A stretch of DNA of 62,039 bases, the filler included, from Hausera hauseri (taxonomy: Eukaryota): assembly GCA_046269625.1 (NCBI GenBank). It is 11 parts of 11 records of this genome, joined end to end, with 100 filler letters (N's around TTAATTAATTAA, not from the genome) between each part and the next. Parts side by side here need not be neighbours in the genome. Positions count along the whole stretch, not along the records: positions 1 to 4,345 come from JBJURY010624997.1; positions 4,446 to 8,991 come from JBJURY010533009.1; positions 9,092 to 16,949 come from JBJURY010900758.1; 8 more parts are not named here. One strand, 5' to 3'. The notes under the pieces are model-generated. The model was given only the letters and a program-made list of their open reading frames with translations, did not search any database and was not told where the DNA came from. A program made the translations under genes and the position numbers. Each line of letters opens with the position of its first letter. The first letter of the stretch is position 1. Positions 1 to 12,276 of this stretch are shown here, piece by piece.

Positions 1-1990
1 CCAACATCAAACAGCCGGTACATTTCCGGGTCTTGCAGCAGCTCAATGTCTCGATCCAGTGACATTAGAGCTGACGCTCAACTTATGCTCGGTATGGAAT
101 AAAAGTTAAGTGGCTCCATCCTATCTTCAGCCAACGCTTTCGCTCGAAACGCTTGGAACACATTGGCTAGTAAGTACATGTCCAGTTTGAGATACTGGAG
201 CATGTAGTCCAACATGTTTCTACAGCCGAGTTCTGTCCAACACCTTTGTGCTTTCCGGTGTTCATCCTCTGCGATACCTGTCCATCACGGCGATAATTCC
301 TTTGCTATCCGGAGTCGGTCATACGATGTCGCAAAGTCATATAGGAATATGCCTTTGCTACGTGCAATATGTGCGGGGAACTGCGTCAGTGCTATCGGCA
401 CATCTGACATGGCATTTACCAGCTCTGCCGGAGATTCATTGAGAAATTGCAATGAATCAAAGAAGCGTACATGGAACCGGTTTATACGAGCAGACAGTGA
501 TGGTTCCCAGTGCGGAAATCCGTTTATTGCCCGTTTCAAAATATGGTGACAATCATAACCCCTGAAGTTATGAAATACCACCGGTCAGAACGGCAGCATA
601 CGGCTTGCCAAATTGCATGAATTACATGCTGCTTTGAGATTTCGACCAGTAAAATGATCATGATTCTGTACGAGCCGTTTGAGTGAGTCAAGCGGTAATA
701 TTTTGTGGCACGGATAACATTCATTGGTCGTCGCGAAAATCAGCGGTTCGTATTCATCTGTCCAAATCAATAGTTTAGTGGAATTATTGAGATACTACGG
801 TTTTATTTCCGTTTCCACTATAGTTTCCAAATGCTGCAGGAAATCATGTACACAGTTGCAGCCGTAAAAGGTGTAATACTGCAGCTGACCGACCGCTTTT
901 ATTGGGACGACCAACATACCAAAGGCGATTGGAACATGTTTTTAATCACACTGGTTGTACCGTGGTAGAATTGCCTCAATATCGGCATATAACATATATG
1001 CCGGACTGTCCGTTTTCCACCACTCACTGAATCGGAGCTCCTTTTTGAGCAGCATGACGTACATGGTTGTTCCCGTTGAATTCTGCTTGCATAGAGTCAC
1101 ATATTTCTCCATGTTCTTTTTGACCTGAAACCGTGCAGACATACAGGACACCATTTACACTGTATACGCTTTTGGACAAAATAATGGTGATCCATGTTCA
1201 ACAGTCGGTACAAATTGGTCACTGCCATGTAATGGAACCTCATTTTGCTGCAGCAATAACAAATATATTGGGCGTCCACTTGCGTTCCGACTTCAATAAA
1301 TTATGTCTACATGGGGGTTCTTATATATCTCTTCGTTTGCCGGTATTTCTATTATTGTATTGTACGGCAACACATTTATTGCCAGTGTTGGATTACGCCG
1401 TTCAAAAGTCGGAATGGTTTTTAGTTTCATCGGCATCCAACATTCATTGAAATCGAATTCGAAAAAATACTGACGATACTGATTTGGACAATTTGCACTA
1501 TGTCTGTCCATTTGGTCATATTTTATTACCGCCAGAATACTGTAAAGAAAATAGTATTCGTCGTCAGTATTTTTTACATTCACTACTGCATGTCAATGCT
1601 GCAGGGCTGTAGGTGACGGTATGAATAATCGCCCGGACAGGTAAATTATGTCACTCGACTTTGTTAAATAAAGCCGTGTGACAATTTTTATAATTCGCCA
1701 TCCATTACCCTTTTCTATGTAGTTGGTGATTTTCTTCTCGAGCTTTTGCCTACGTCGGCAATAAAATCTTCGAAATACGGTACGGCTGGATGTGACAGGT
1801 ACCATTGTTTCCTGTTACCTTTGACGTTTCAAATTCTGCAAGTGCACAATATTGCACTTTGCAGTGGTGGTGGTGGAAATGTTGGAATTTGGCCACATAT
1901 GTTTCCAACCGGTTACGCACATGAGCGGGTACATCCTCCAATTGCGTTGCTGTTTTCGCCGACATGGTCATCTTCATGTCCACGTACGAT
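1..1990 (-). pseudogene. Polinton/Maverick protein-primed family B DNA polymerase, N-terminal half, decayed
   Basis: Frameshifted fragments: EKGNGWRIIKI, VNVKNTDDEYYFLYSILA, YADIEA (Exo I), HDHFTGRNLKAACNSCNL (endonuclease VII-like insert), FHNFRGYDCH (Exo II), RFFDSLQF, YLKLDMYLLANVF (Exo III). Colinear with the copy at 32925-35800. Confidence 0.92.
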
Positions 1991-2043
1991 GTGTTCAGAT
2001 CGTACTTGACTGTAATATTGGGAATACTGGCTTCCTGTTCTTG

Positions 2044-2613
2044 TTAATGCTTTTCCTGCTGCTGCTGGGTACTGTTTCTGATTAAATCGTCAAGACTTGT
2101 TGAGGCCTGACGTTTCTTACTGGTTGTTGTTGTTGCTTTTGTTGTTGACAGGATGCTGCTGCTGTTGTTTATAAATATTTGTTTCTTCGACCACTTTAAC
2201 TGGTTTAAGTGGTCCTTGTGCAAATTATAGAATTGTTCATAGTCGATTTGATCATCAACTATAGAACAACAACCGGGACAAACATAGGCTCGTTTACTGT
2301 GCAGCGTTGTGGTGATGCAATAATACTGCTCAATTACAGTATGGCAACCATCAGCGTTATGAACTCTACTAATACAGTATTGCGGGTATGTAGCGCAACG
2401 CGCAAGTATCATCTTCTTGGGTCGCGTAAACGGTTCGAGATAATGCTTGTGCATCTCATAAAAGTTTGCGTACGGGCACTGCGTTGAAGTATTGCACGTG
2501 GGACATAAATTTGTGTCCGTCCCAATAATGTAATACTTCGCCATCTGCAGATAGCACTGCTCCTGATCTACGTGTATGCGTGATACGCAATACAAGGGAT
2601 AATGCTTGCATTT
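2044..2613 (-). CDS. Polinton accessory protein with two tandem Cys/His (Zn-binding-like) repeats; probably spliced
   Basis: ORF 2044-2595 contains YP.YC.SR.H...C...YY...CP.C...Y..FY..H..(H/Y)L twice. Homolog at 32283-32709. Both copies have an AT-rich intron-like stretch ending in YAG before AAATG(C/T). Confidence 0.6.
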   Translation of the reverse strand, partial: KCKHYPLYCVSRIHVDQEQCYLQMAKYYIIGTDTNLCPTCNTSTQCPYANFYEMHKHYLEPFTRPKKMILARCATYPQYCISRVHNADGCHTVIEQYYCITTTLHSKRAYVCPGCCSIVDDQIDYEQFYNLHKDHLNQLKWSKKQIFINNSSSILSTTKATTTTSKKRQASTSLDDLIRNSTQQQQEKH

Positions 2614-2795
2614 CTAAATGAGAAACAAATTAAAGTAAGCGTAAAATGCAATATATATAAGCTTATTAATACTTTAAATTAAAATGACACACTACTTCTA
2701 TGGTGGGGTGGACTGGGGTGGTGGTGGTGGTGGTCTAAGGATGACTATAAATATTTGCCACTCTTAGCACTTAAAATCACAAGTAAAACAAACGG

Positions 2796-3073
2796 ATGGA
2801 AGAGTACACAGAAAGTAAGATTCCGAAATTGACCGATGACATTTTGACCGACCATGTGTTTAATGTCAGTACCTATGTGAACTGTCAGAAAAGAGAATAA
2901 TGAGCAGACGAGAATATATTGAATTAATAGTCAGATCTCTGTTCGTAAAACGTATCGAGGATAAAATGAGACTAAAACGATAACGACAAAGACGACGTAT
3001 TAATTTCCGTATTGGATTTGTATTTACTGCTTCACTTTGCATTGTAATGATAAAGTTGATTGACCGTATTTAA
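2796..3073 (+). pseudogene. Small Polinton protein with basic stretch and C-terminal hydrophobic helix (disrupted)
   Basis: MSRREYIELIVRSLFVKRIED...GFVFTASLCIVMIKLIDRI. Close homolog at 31849-32123 on the minus strand. Confidence 0.55.
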
Positions 3074-3211
3074 CCACATTTGTATGTTAAATATATATAA
3101 TTTCGCCACGTGTTTGTTTTTATGTATTAATGTAAGTGTGTGTGTGTGTGTTCAAGCTACATTGCAGTATAAATACTTCGTCTTCTTTCTTTCTTTCCAT
3201 AAGATTATACA

Positions 3212-3673
3212 ATGTCTCACTTGACAACACAACTCATTAGCTTACACTACACATTCGACGGTCTCCGGAACCACCCGTACAATCTCAATCGACCTTTGGA
3301 CAATGTTCGATATTTGCCTCCGGAAGAGCTAATACTACTTGCTGAGCAGAATTGGAGGGCACGTGAATCTTATCTACACCATATAAAGCAGGTTGCTGGT
3401 GATATGGAATTTTTATTCCGTAAGATTTTTCACACATATGGAAAAATGAAGTTGGACAATAATCCTCGTCACGTAGAATTTATGACCGATTTTGTCAAAC
3501 GTGGTCAGACGGATTACATTCCTACGTGGCAGTCAACATATAAAATTTGCTTGAAGCAGTATTGCAATACGATTACTTCCGATAGTCTCATTCAATTTTC
3601 TTTTTATTCTCCTTCGAAATTAACTAATTCCTGTGGTTTATTCATTCATTTTCGGTTATCGCAAATTTTCTAA
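3212..3673 (+). CDS. Polinton TIR-proximal hypothetical protein
   Basis: Intact 153-aa ORF with TATAAATA at about 3168. Its N-terminus (MSHLTELIRLYHSFDGLRSH) recurs at 31667-31732 (-) in the same gene order. Confidence 0.6.
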   Translation: MSHLTTQLISLHYTFDGLRNHPYNLNRPLDNVRYLPPEELILLAEQNWRARESYLHHIKQVAGDMEFLFRKIFHTYGKMKLDNNPRHVEFMTDFVKRGQTDYIPTWQSTYKICLKQYCNTITSDSLIQFSFYSPSKLTNSCGLFIHFRLSQIF

Positions 3674-3839
3674 GTAACGATAAACTAAGTTCAATGGTAT
3701 TTTATATGTTAGTATGTGTGTAGTGATTATAATTTATTGATGTACATTGATGATTTTGAAAATAGAGCCTCCGAAAACAAAAGCAACAACAACAACACAG
3801 TCTTGACTTTAAATGTCCAATATTTCCAGATTAAACTTT

Positions 3840-4345
3840 AGAGTAAAGATCGAACAAATTATGAGAAATAACATAAAATTGCGAATCGATTGATTTTTTA
3901 TTGCTAACAGAGGTTGGTAAGTCTCCAAAACTAATTTGTAATTTTCAATATTTTAAGGATGTTTTGAAAACTTTGTGTTATCTCTCACCTACAACAATCT
4001 CTACATTGAAAAAGAAAAGCCGACATAACAAAATCATTTTTATTTTTAATAAATGCAATCCTAGAGCGTTATTAAAAACTGAATATTATGTTACAAATCA
4101 TGAAAAAAATGTGTGAATTTTCATCACAATCATTTCCCTTGTGAGTTGTGAATAGTAGTAGGAGTAGTACTCAACCATGAGCTGGTCGTCGTCGTAGTCT
4201 TCGTACACGACTTTTTACAAAACAAAACGAAACGAGATTTTGACTTTTAACAATGCATTTTTTTGTTTGTTCTTTCTTTCGTTCGTTCGTTCGTTCGTTC
4301 GTTCGTTCGTTCGTTCGTTCGTTCGTTCGTTCGTTCGTTCGTTCG
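3840..4345. repeat. Inner part of probable Polinton terminal inverted repeat, ending in (GTTC)n microsatellite
   Basis: The reverse complement matches 15900-16100 and 12790-12848 (atgttatttctcat-atttgttcg; gagtactact...ctcacaagg; gcattgttaaa). (GTTC)n at about 4277-4345. Confidence 0.6.
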
Positions 4346-4445
4346 NNNNNNNNNNNNNNNNNNNNNNNNNNNNNNNNNNNNNNNNNNNNTTAATTAATTA
4401 ANNNNNNNNNNNNNNNNNNNNNNNNNNNNNNNNNNNNNNNNNNNN
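4346..4445. other. Artificial contig-joining spacer (one of ten)
   Basis: N-run, TTAATTAATTAA, N-run. The same spacer occurs at 8992, 16950, 25010, 31567, 36104, 40301, 46059, 50578 and 55500. Confidence 0.99.
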
Positions 4446-4944
4446 TACCGACCATGGATCGAAATGTGCCTATAAGAAATGTTTGGTGCTGTGTCAGCAC
4501 TATTTGTCATGTAAATAAATTTGATTTGATACTGTGATTTATAAATAATGATTGAGCAATTAGTTAGACTTTTTAACCATATAAATGTTTATTTTGTTAC
4601 ATAATGCTAAAATAGAACTTGAAAGCTTTCATGAAAGTGTTGTAATTTGTTATATAGTCATATTCATCAATCAGTTGGCATTATTATGTTTTTTATATGT
4701 ATCTGTATACGCTTTAAGTTATTTAAAAGTATAATTATTTGTAAACATGGACAACCTAAAAGCTAAATATTACAGAGTACAAAACAAATCAAATATTAAT
4801 TGAGACGTCATATAGTACTTTAAATTTGAATGGGCGATAAATCTCGTTTTTACAATGCCATGCGAATATATGTTGTCTTTCGTTTTTGCGTTTATAAATT
4901 TTTATTGTATTTTATTATTTTACAAAATGTATTAAATTTTCTAT

Positions 4945-5555
4945 TTTATCCGTATTAAATAAATTACGAATGTAAGAAAATATAATACTGATAATGTGGA
5001 AAATGTTTTGATAGAAATCCAAGTAACGTAATTGGAACACTTAAATATAACAACATTTCGCACTTGTTTGAATCTCCCCCACTACGTTTAGGAATTTTGT
5101 AATCAGATACAATTTTCATTACTTTGTCGAGCTAATATTCGATTTATATCGTTTCCCTTATGTTCTGATGAAATAAATATATCCAAAGAATATTTAGCCT
5201 ATAGTTTTTGATCACTGATGTATATAGTTTAAATTTATACATGAGGAGAATATGCGATTATCAATGAGATTCGGTAAATTTTAGATTGAAAATTCTTCCA
5301 GAAAAACAAAATCGAATATTGAAAAACTATTTGGTCGTGAAAATTAACAAAAATATTACCAAAGTTCAAAGTTTCTAAACGTACTGAGAGGAATTTGAAC
5401 ATGCGCGAATTACTCAAACATTAAATAGCTCGAGCAGCGTTATTTTTGATCCCCCTTTTCTTTCATATTATTAATCATCATTATATTTCGCACATCTCTC
5501 TGACAATTTGTAATAAAAAAAACCCTGATTTACCGTAAAATTCGTTTCCTTGTTA
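4945..5555. mobile_element. AT-rich MITE-like element, copy 1 (degenerate)
   Basis: Shares core catttcgcacttgtt-aatctcccc-actacgttta and right TIR gtaaaattcgtttccttgtta with copies 2 and 3. Confidence 0.6.
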
Positions 5556-6624
5556 GAACAGAAGCTGGTTTTATAAGGTATCCAAAAAATTCTATTTAAT
5601 ATAGGAAATTTTGAGATTATTAATTACCAAATGAATCAAAATGTGTGGATATATATTTCAAATACCCAGTGAGCAACACAGGACTTTAAACTATGGGATT
5701 TTTCGACAAGATAATGACAGAAACCATATAGACAGAGTCGAAAAACGGTGGCATATTGTCAAAGTTGCGCAATTTTCTTGTGCAGTCTGTCAGCTTTAAT
5801 TTCAACGAACATTTTGCAGCCGAAGTTGATCAAAACATTTAAAATAACTATAACGAGGGGTGTTCTCAGGAACGAATGGGGAAAATGTCATCAACTCAAT
5901 CCGAAAATTTTAGCTATCAATACTGTATTGTCTTACAGTAGCTACAAAATTTAATGGACGCCCTACAAATATTTTCATTAAATTCGTCTACTTGAATTTT
6001 CGATATTTTGCATTTAAAAATAATATAGATTGTGCAATGTTAAAATTTTATTACAAACTTCAATTTCAGAGTTGACTATAATTTGTTACATATTTCTTGT
6101 CGAGATTTTCGTGGGTTAATTAAATATGTTCAAATATTTAGACATCATCAAAGGAAAATATTCGAGATTATTCCAGAATATTCAGAAATAGATTTCGATC
6201 GAAAAGTCGAATGCAAAAGCAAACTAAACTTGGATATTTGCCAGTCCAAAATATGCCTGACAAATTGAAAATTTATAATACAAAATTGAATTGAAATTTA
6301 ATGCCATTTTAATCCATCGGACTATCACCGATTGATTGACTATCACCGAGTGTTGACCCTAATTTCGACATGTCAACATTGTTCATTGCTATTGTCGACC
6401 TACATTAGGACAATTTCACAAAATAAATGATTCTTATAAATTGTGATACAATTTCATTTTAAACATATTTTCTTTCCATGGCACAGTCAAATGTAAGATT
6501 TGTACTCTTATTTGATTTATATTGGTATTACAATTTAAATGACATTGATATTTCCACGTATAACTCGTTTACTATAAGATGGATTTGGAATATTTTGTAC
6601 TTACTTTTAAACTTATAAAAAGTC

Positions 6625-7272
6625 TAACAAAGAAACGAAGTTTAACTAAAATAAGAGTTTTTAATAATAAATAGTCAGAGAAATACAAAATATATAATGT
6701 TAATTAATAATATGAATAAAATAATTTTCCGAGAAAGCCGGAATAACGCATTTGGAGTCTTTAAATGTAACAGCATTTGACACTTGTTCAAATCTCCCTC
6801 ACTACGTTTAATATTTTCACCTTTTACAAAATTCTCATTACTTTTTTCCTGTTAATATTCTTTTAATAATCGATTTAAATCGTTTTTTATGTTCTGAAAG
6901 TAAAAATATCCATCGAATAAAGTCTATTGTCAGTTATGTGATAGCCAGAATTTATACACAAGGGAATATGTTATTGTGAATTAAATCAATGAATTTCAGA
7001 TTCACAGAATATCAAGAAAGCATTATATATCGAATAATAACACCATTCAAACGAGAAAAGATGCGCAAATGTTTTAAAAGTTGGAAATTCCTAATCATAG
7101 CGAGGTACATTTAAATAACTGCTAAATGCTGTTATATTTAAAGACTCCAATTACTTTATTTAGTTTTTCACTGCAAAGTTTTTTTTCACATTATTAATCA
7201 ACATTATATTTTTTATTTCTCTGTCAAGTCATTATAAAAAACACAGATTTGAAGTAAAATTTGTTTACTTGA
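6625..7272. mobile_element. AT-rich MITE-like element, copy 2 (about 650 bp, about 150-bp imperfect TIRs)
   Basis: ttggagtctttaaatgtaacagcattt (about 6752-6778) is inverted at aaatgctgttatatttaaagactccaa (about 7124-7150). No ORF. Confidence 0.7.
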
Positions 7273-7787
7273 CTGACTATTATATTTTTTAAATTATCAA
7301 AGTTTATAATCATAAAACAAAAACTTGATTGAACAAAAGTCATTTTGAACGTATAGTTCAAATTTTTACGGTAATAAATTGAAACGTGCTACCGTATTTA
7401 ACAATTGTAAATTTTCACAAATCCAGTGAAATTGTGCATAATTCTACTTTGTAAATATTATTTATCAAAACAATTATTTTTGAATTAAAACATTGATCTG
7501 GTACTGCACTGAGAAAATAGTGAAAGTCAGCTTGAGAAAGTCCCTTAAATCGCCATCATTAATTTGTGTTCATGCATGTATCCAATTCTATGGACTATGA
7601 TTGAAAGTTAGTACATTACTCATACGATGCTTTGTTAGTGACCTGGTTATTTAATTTTATATTTCAATAAATTAGATTGCACTCAATTTTAATATAAATT
7701 AATAGCATTATGAAGAAATGGAAATAGAAATTTTTCTATACTAACCATCTTCGGTTGAAAAGGAACAATTTTTTCCATTGTGAATAG

Positions 7788-8354
7788 CTAGAGACATACA
7801 AAGTATAATGTTGATTAATAATATGAAAAAATAATTTTCCGAGAAAGCCAAAATAACGCATTTGGTGTCTTTAAATGTAACAGCATTTCGCACTTGTTCA
7901 ATTCTCCCTTATTACTTTTCTTGTGCTAATATTCTTGTAATAATCGATATATATATCATTTTCTTCATGTTATGAAAAAATAAAATATATCAATCGAATA
8001 TAGTCTGTTGTCACTCATTTGATAGTCAGAATTTACACACAAGGGAATGTGCTATTGTGAATTAAACCAATACTTTTCAGATTGATAGAACATCGAGGAA
8101 ACACTATAACTCGATTATTAAAAGAATATTAGTTCGAGAAAAGTAATGAAAATTTTGATAAAGTTCAAATTTCTAAACATAGTGGGAAGATCTAAACAAG
8201 TATTAAATTCTGTTAAATTTAAACTGTTAAGGTGCGTTATTTTGGCTTTTTCCGCAAAGGTATCTTCCATATTATTAATCAGCATTATATTTTGTGTCTC
8301 TCTGAATATGTGTTATTAAAAAACAGATTTAAAGTAAAATTCGTTTCCTTGTTA
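7788..8354. mobile_element. AT-rich MITE-like element, copy 3
   Basis: Colinear with copy 2 (aataattttccgagaaagcc..aataacgcatttgg; acacaagggaat). Inverted arms aagccaaaataacgca / tgcgttattttggctt. Confidence 0.65.
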
Positions 8355-9753
8355 ATTTAATCACTTTACAATTATGGTTAACCTAAATAAATATGGTGTT
8401 CTGTATAGTTTCATGTGCATGTATTTTACACAGTTTTCATCAACATACGACAGGTGTTCAATATATTTTTCTTACTCATGAACAGATAAATTATGAGATT
8501 TTCAGACAAAAATTAACTGGAATTTTCTGATGAATTCATGTAATTGATTAAATGTAATATACCTTAGGACAATTTCATAGATGAGAATGTATATTTATTC
8601 AGTTAAACGCTAAAAATATACTGAACACTTTTTGTATACTATACTTTATAATTATGGTTTTACTGTAGCTGCCGTTTAATCATAACCATACAAATTGAAT
8701 TAATCACACTGTCTTCGATAACTTGAAACTGGATTTAAAATGTAAATCAGTTTGTAACTAGTTTCCATCACCATCACCATCACAATAAGTCATAAAACTT
8801 TTGAAAGTTGGATGGAAAATCTTTCAGTTAAATTTGTCATTTAAAATCTCGAAACGTACGGCTTTTTCTGGGGGAGGGATATTTCAGTACTTTTATTCTT
8901 CCTGCTAATTTCGAAATGAATTACAAATGCAAATTAAATTTTATTGCTCAATTGAACATACTTACATAATGTCAATGTATGTTTAATTCATNNNNNNNNN
9001 NNNNNNNNNNNNNNNNNNNNNNNNNNNNNNNNNNNTTAATTAATTAANNNNNNNNNNNNNNNNNNNNNNNNNNNNNNNNNNNNNNNNNNNNAACATGGAA
9101 GATGGTAGAATGATTCGTAGAAGAATGGAATGGTTGAAAAGAGTGAACAAGGATCATAAAGGAGAGGGAAAAGTAATGCAGCAGCAAAAATAAATAATAA
9201 TCAAAATTATTATTTACTTTTAATTTGTTTTAATATTGCATATAAAATAAATATATTTTTATAGTAAATCCACAACAATTTGAAACATTTTAATTTTTGT
9301 GATAAAAATTATAATTCCGTTGCAATGGAGTAATAGCATGATATTTACATTAGAGACAAATATTATTTAGCTTAATTCTTATATATCCCTTAAAGCATTA
9401 CAAATGCAAATAGGGCAAATCGGTTTTAGTTATTACTGCATAATTTTACAAATAATTAATGTGGACATAATATCTATTGACTAATGGTACTTTCTAGCTT
9501 ATAATAATTCTTCCACAGTATTACATTGCAATTTTGTATAATTGTTATGATAATTATAATTACTATGCATAATTACAATTACAATATTACTGTACATGTC
9601 ATTGATATTTAGATTCTGTGGCTACATTTTTATTTACCACTAAGGCCAAATACATTTGACCAACACAGTAAAATGGCCCATTGTGCTAAAATTTCTGGTG
9701 CCTTGTGCATGTTGTTAAAGCCCCATTGGATTTAAGCTTGTTAATTAACAGAA

Positions 9754-9833
9754 TTAACCATTTGCACTCCGATGTCGCTACTGTGGCGACATTGTACGTC
9801 ATATTAAAAATTTCTTGGTGCGCAAAGGATTAA
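9754..9833. mobile_element. 72-bp piggyBac-type miniature element with TTAA target duplication
   Basis: TTAA-ccatttgcactcc ... ggtgcgcaaagga-TTAA (imperfect TIRs), with internal hairpin atgtcgctac/gtggcgacat. Confidence 0.6.
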
Positions 9834-10345
9834 AATATATTTATTGAACAATCATTGATCATAAATTATACTAGACTTTATTATATGGTGGGGATTCTTG
9901 TGGAATACTTGTTAATGTCGATATCTATAATAATCTGCTACTCATGCCAAAAAGAACGTATTAGTCATTGGATTAATCTGTCGTTGTGTTTTACAAAAGT
10001 TGTCTTTCCAAAACGACTCATAAATTATGAATGATTTCCAATCAGTGCCGTAAAATCAAATACATGTTGTACATGTAACATTCTTCGACCGATGTTTATT
10101 TTTGGTATTCTGAGAAATGCAAATTTCTTTCACAAATTATGAAACAACATTGACAGACTTTATTTAAAATGAAAATGGTGTAATTTATCGGATTCACCTT
10201 GTTTCACCTTTGTTCCTTGTTCAGAACATGTAGAACTCACAGACGCACATTCTGCCAATTGTACAACCGTTTTTTTTCATTGGAGTGATTTGCAATTTTA
10301 TTTCACGTGGAGAATTTTTAATGATATTCGAATTGACCGAATGTC

Positions 10346-10560
10346 ATGGCACTGAACAATGAAGGTGAAGAAAACATTTTGTTGAAGAAGAAGTAATCGA
10401 TAATGCTGTACAAACGAATATTACGTGGAGAGGTTTACAATTGAGTAAAGCAAAATTGAAAGCAGTCGGTCAGACGTCCGGATTGTTGTCAGGATTTGCT
10501 GTCGTGACTGTTATTCAGTTGGAGGTTGGATTAAATGATGAACTATCATTATTGATTGGT
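10346..10560 (+). CDS. ORAI: Orai (CRAC channel pore subunit) homolog, N-terminus and TM1; rest not traced
   Basis: Frame from 10381 reads TWRGLQLSKAKLKAVGQTSGLLSGFAVVTVIQLEV, against Orai1 [35 protein letters not shown]. ATG 10346 joins in frame through a possible 23- or 26-nt GT-AG intron starting at 10365. Confidence 0.8.
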
Positions 10561-10859
10561 GATTATTTTAATTAGGGTTTTGATACCCAACATTCATTCT
10601 ACATGAACTTTACCGGTCTTTTATAGTTTCTTTAGCAGTCAAACTGACTCATTTTCGTTTAATTTGAAGGGAAATATGTTACACTCATGGCACTATAGTG
10701 TAAATGATCATTTGCTTTGTGTTGGGTGGGAGGGTGGGAGTATTGTATAAGTGCAAAATGTTTCAATGTACAATCACATTCACGTTTGATGTTTGAGTAG
10801 AAATTCTGTGAAAATGGGTATAGAGAAAACTCGATATAGTATAGAGAAAACTCGATCCT

Positions 10860-11456
10860 TTACGGATGATCCGACATCTGAAGACAAACGATGTTTACAC
10901 TTTTGTTTAAAAGTTATTTGGAGGTTACTGAGCAGACAAAATAAATTAATGCCCGCGTATTTTGCAATGCATGAATTGATGAAGTGCTTTGCACCAGATG
11001 ATTTGGATAAACAATCACATAAATTGCTGCAGACAGAAATAACATCATTCATGAGTAGCTTTCGGAAACCGGCTAAGCTTTTAATTCCTTTTTGTCGAAA
11101 CTTATTTTCCCCATCGCTGGCGTTACTCATCCGATTAGTAGTGCATTTCATTTTGATGTGAGCACTCTTGTATATGTATTTCTGCAACGAAAGGTGCCAT
11201 GCGTTATTCAAAATGTATTCGTCGACCACAAACTTCCGAAATCACCCGTTTGCTTATGCAAACTCGTTGTACTGATATCGCTCAGTATCTGTTGGAACGA
11301 ACGAAATCATCGGCCTTGGAAAATGCATTTGTGGAATTTATCCACGAAGTAATGGTTGTGATTGAGTCCATGGGAGACCCCACGGTACACCAACAGTGGA
11401 TTTATATATTATACTCATGTAATGACAGAATTACAACACTTATGCTCTACAAATAA
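10860..11456 (+). pseudogene. MED23: Mediator subunit MED23 internal fragment, frameshifted and apparently intronless
   Basis: KLMPAYFAMHELMK...SFMSSFRKPAKL and PQTSEITRLLMQ...SALENAFVEFIHEVM resemble MED23 LLPAYFAVTEIRK...DFVDTFRPTARI and PQTALLRYVLEQ...PVLEDQLVDLVVYAM. Confidence 0.7.
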
Positions 11457-12276
11457 AAATTTTACAAATATATGACAAGAATAGATCAAAGTTTCCGGTC
11501 ATTCAGTTTATGAGCACGAGTATATAACGATAAGTATTGTATTTCAATATTCACTAAGATCTCTCAAAATACTTCTGAGGGTTTAAACACGAATAATTAT
11601 CACTATATTTTGTATTTAGTAGTTGCGTGTGAGAAATGTAGAAAATGATTATTTAACTTTGGTTTCCTGTTAACCGAGTTTCCAAGTTTTACTTTGAAAA
11701 AGAAACTAATAAACAAGAAAAATGCATTGAACTGAAATAATGAATTACCAAATATCGATTAGTGGCAATAAAGGCAATTATAAACTTTCAGAATTCAGTG
11801 CCAACAAATACTCATTCACGCAAATTCTGTTTATAATTATGTGATCAGCTCACAAGGGCATGAACAAAATTGAATCAATAAGTAACACGATAAACGGAAT
11901 TGAAAAATTGTGTCTATCAAAGTCTTTTTCCTTTTTTTAATGTTGTCGTTTAATGCATTTTGATTTTAGTATTTATAATATAGGATTTATATTATTAGCA
12001 ACAATATTGGGCTAGAAAAGTTGAAGAGAAATAGTGAAGAAAATTTTCAATATTCTCATTATGAAGTTAATTTTAGCTACAAATGCTAAATAGAAAATGT
12101 TACTATTTTAGTATTTGGTTAGAGAATGACACAAAATTTAGCAAGGAATTAATGTAATCAATGATTTTTGGACACAAATGTACCGACGATAAAAAACCAG
12201 CAGGAAAATCAATATTATGTCGATATGCGGTATTTACTTAAAGACTGATTAAAATAACTACGTATAACTACAACAT

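Noticed and set aside
4346-4445. Recurrent TTAATTAATTAA palindrome flanked by Ns
   Set aside because: Artificial six-frame-stop linker used to concatenate contigs. Adjacency across these spacers has no biological meaning.
10045-10270. DHHC palmitoyltransferase-like peptide (KSNTCCTCNILRP)
   Set aside because: The match is too short and I found no DHHC motif downstream.
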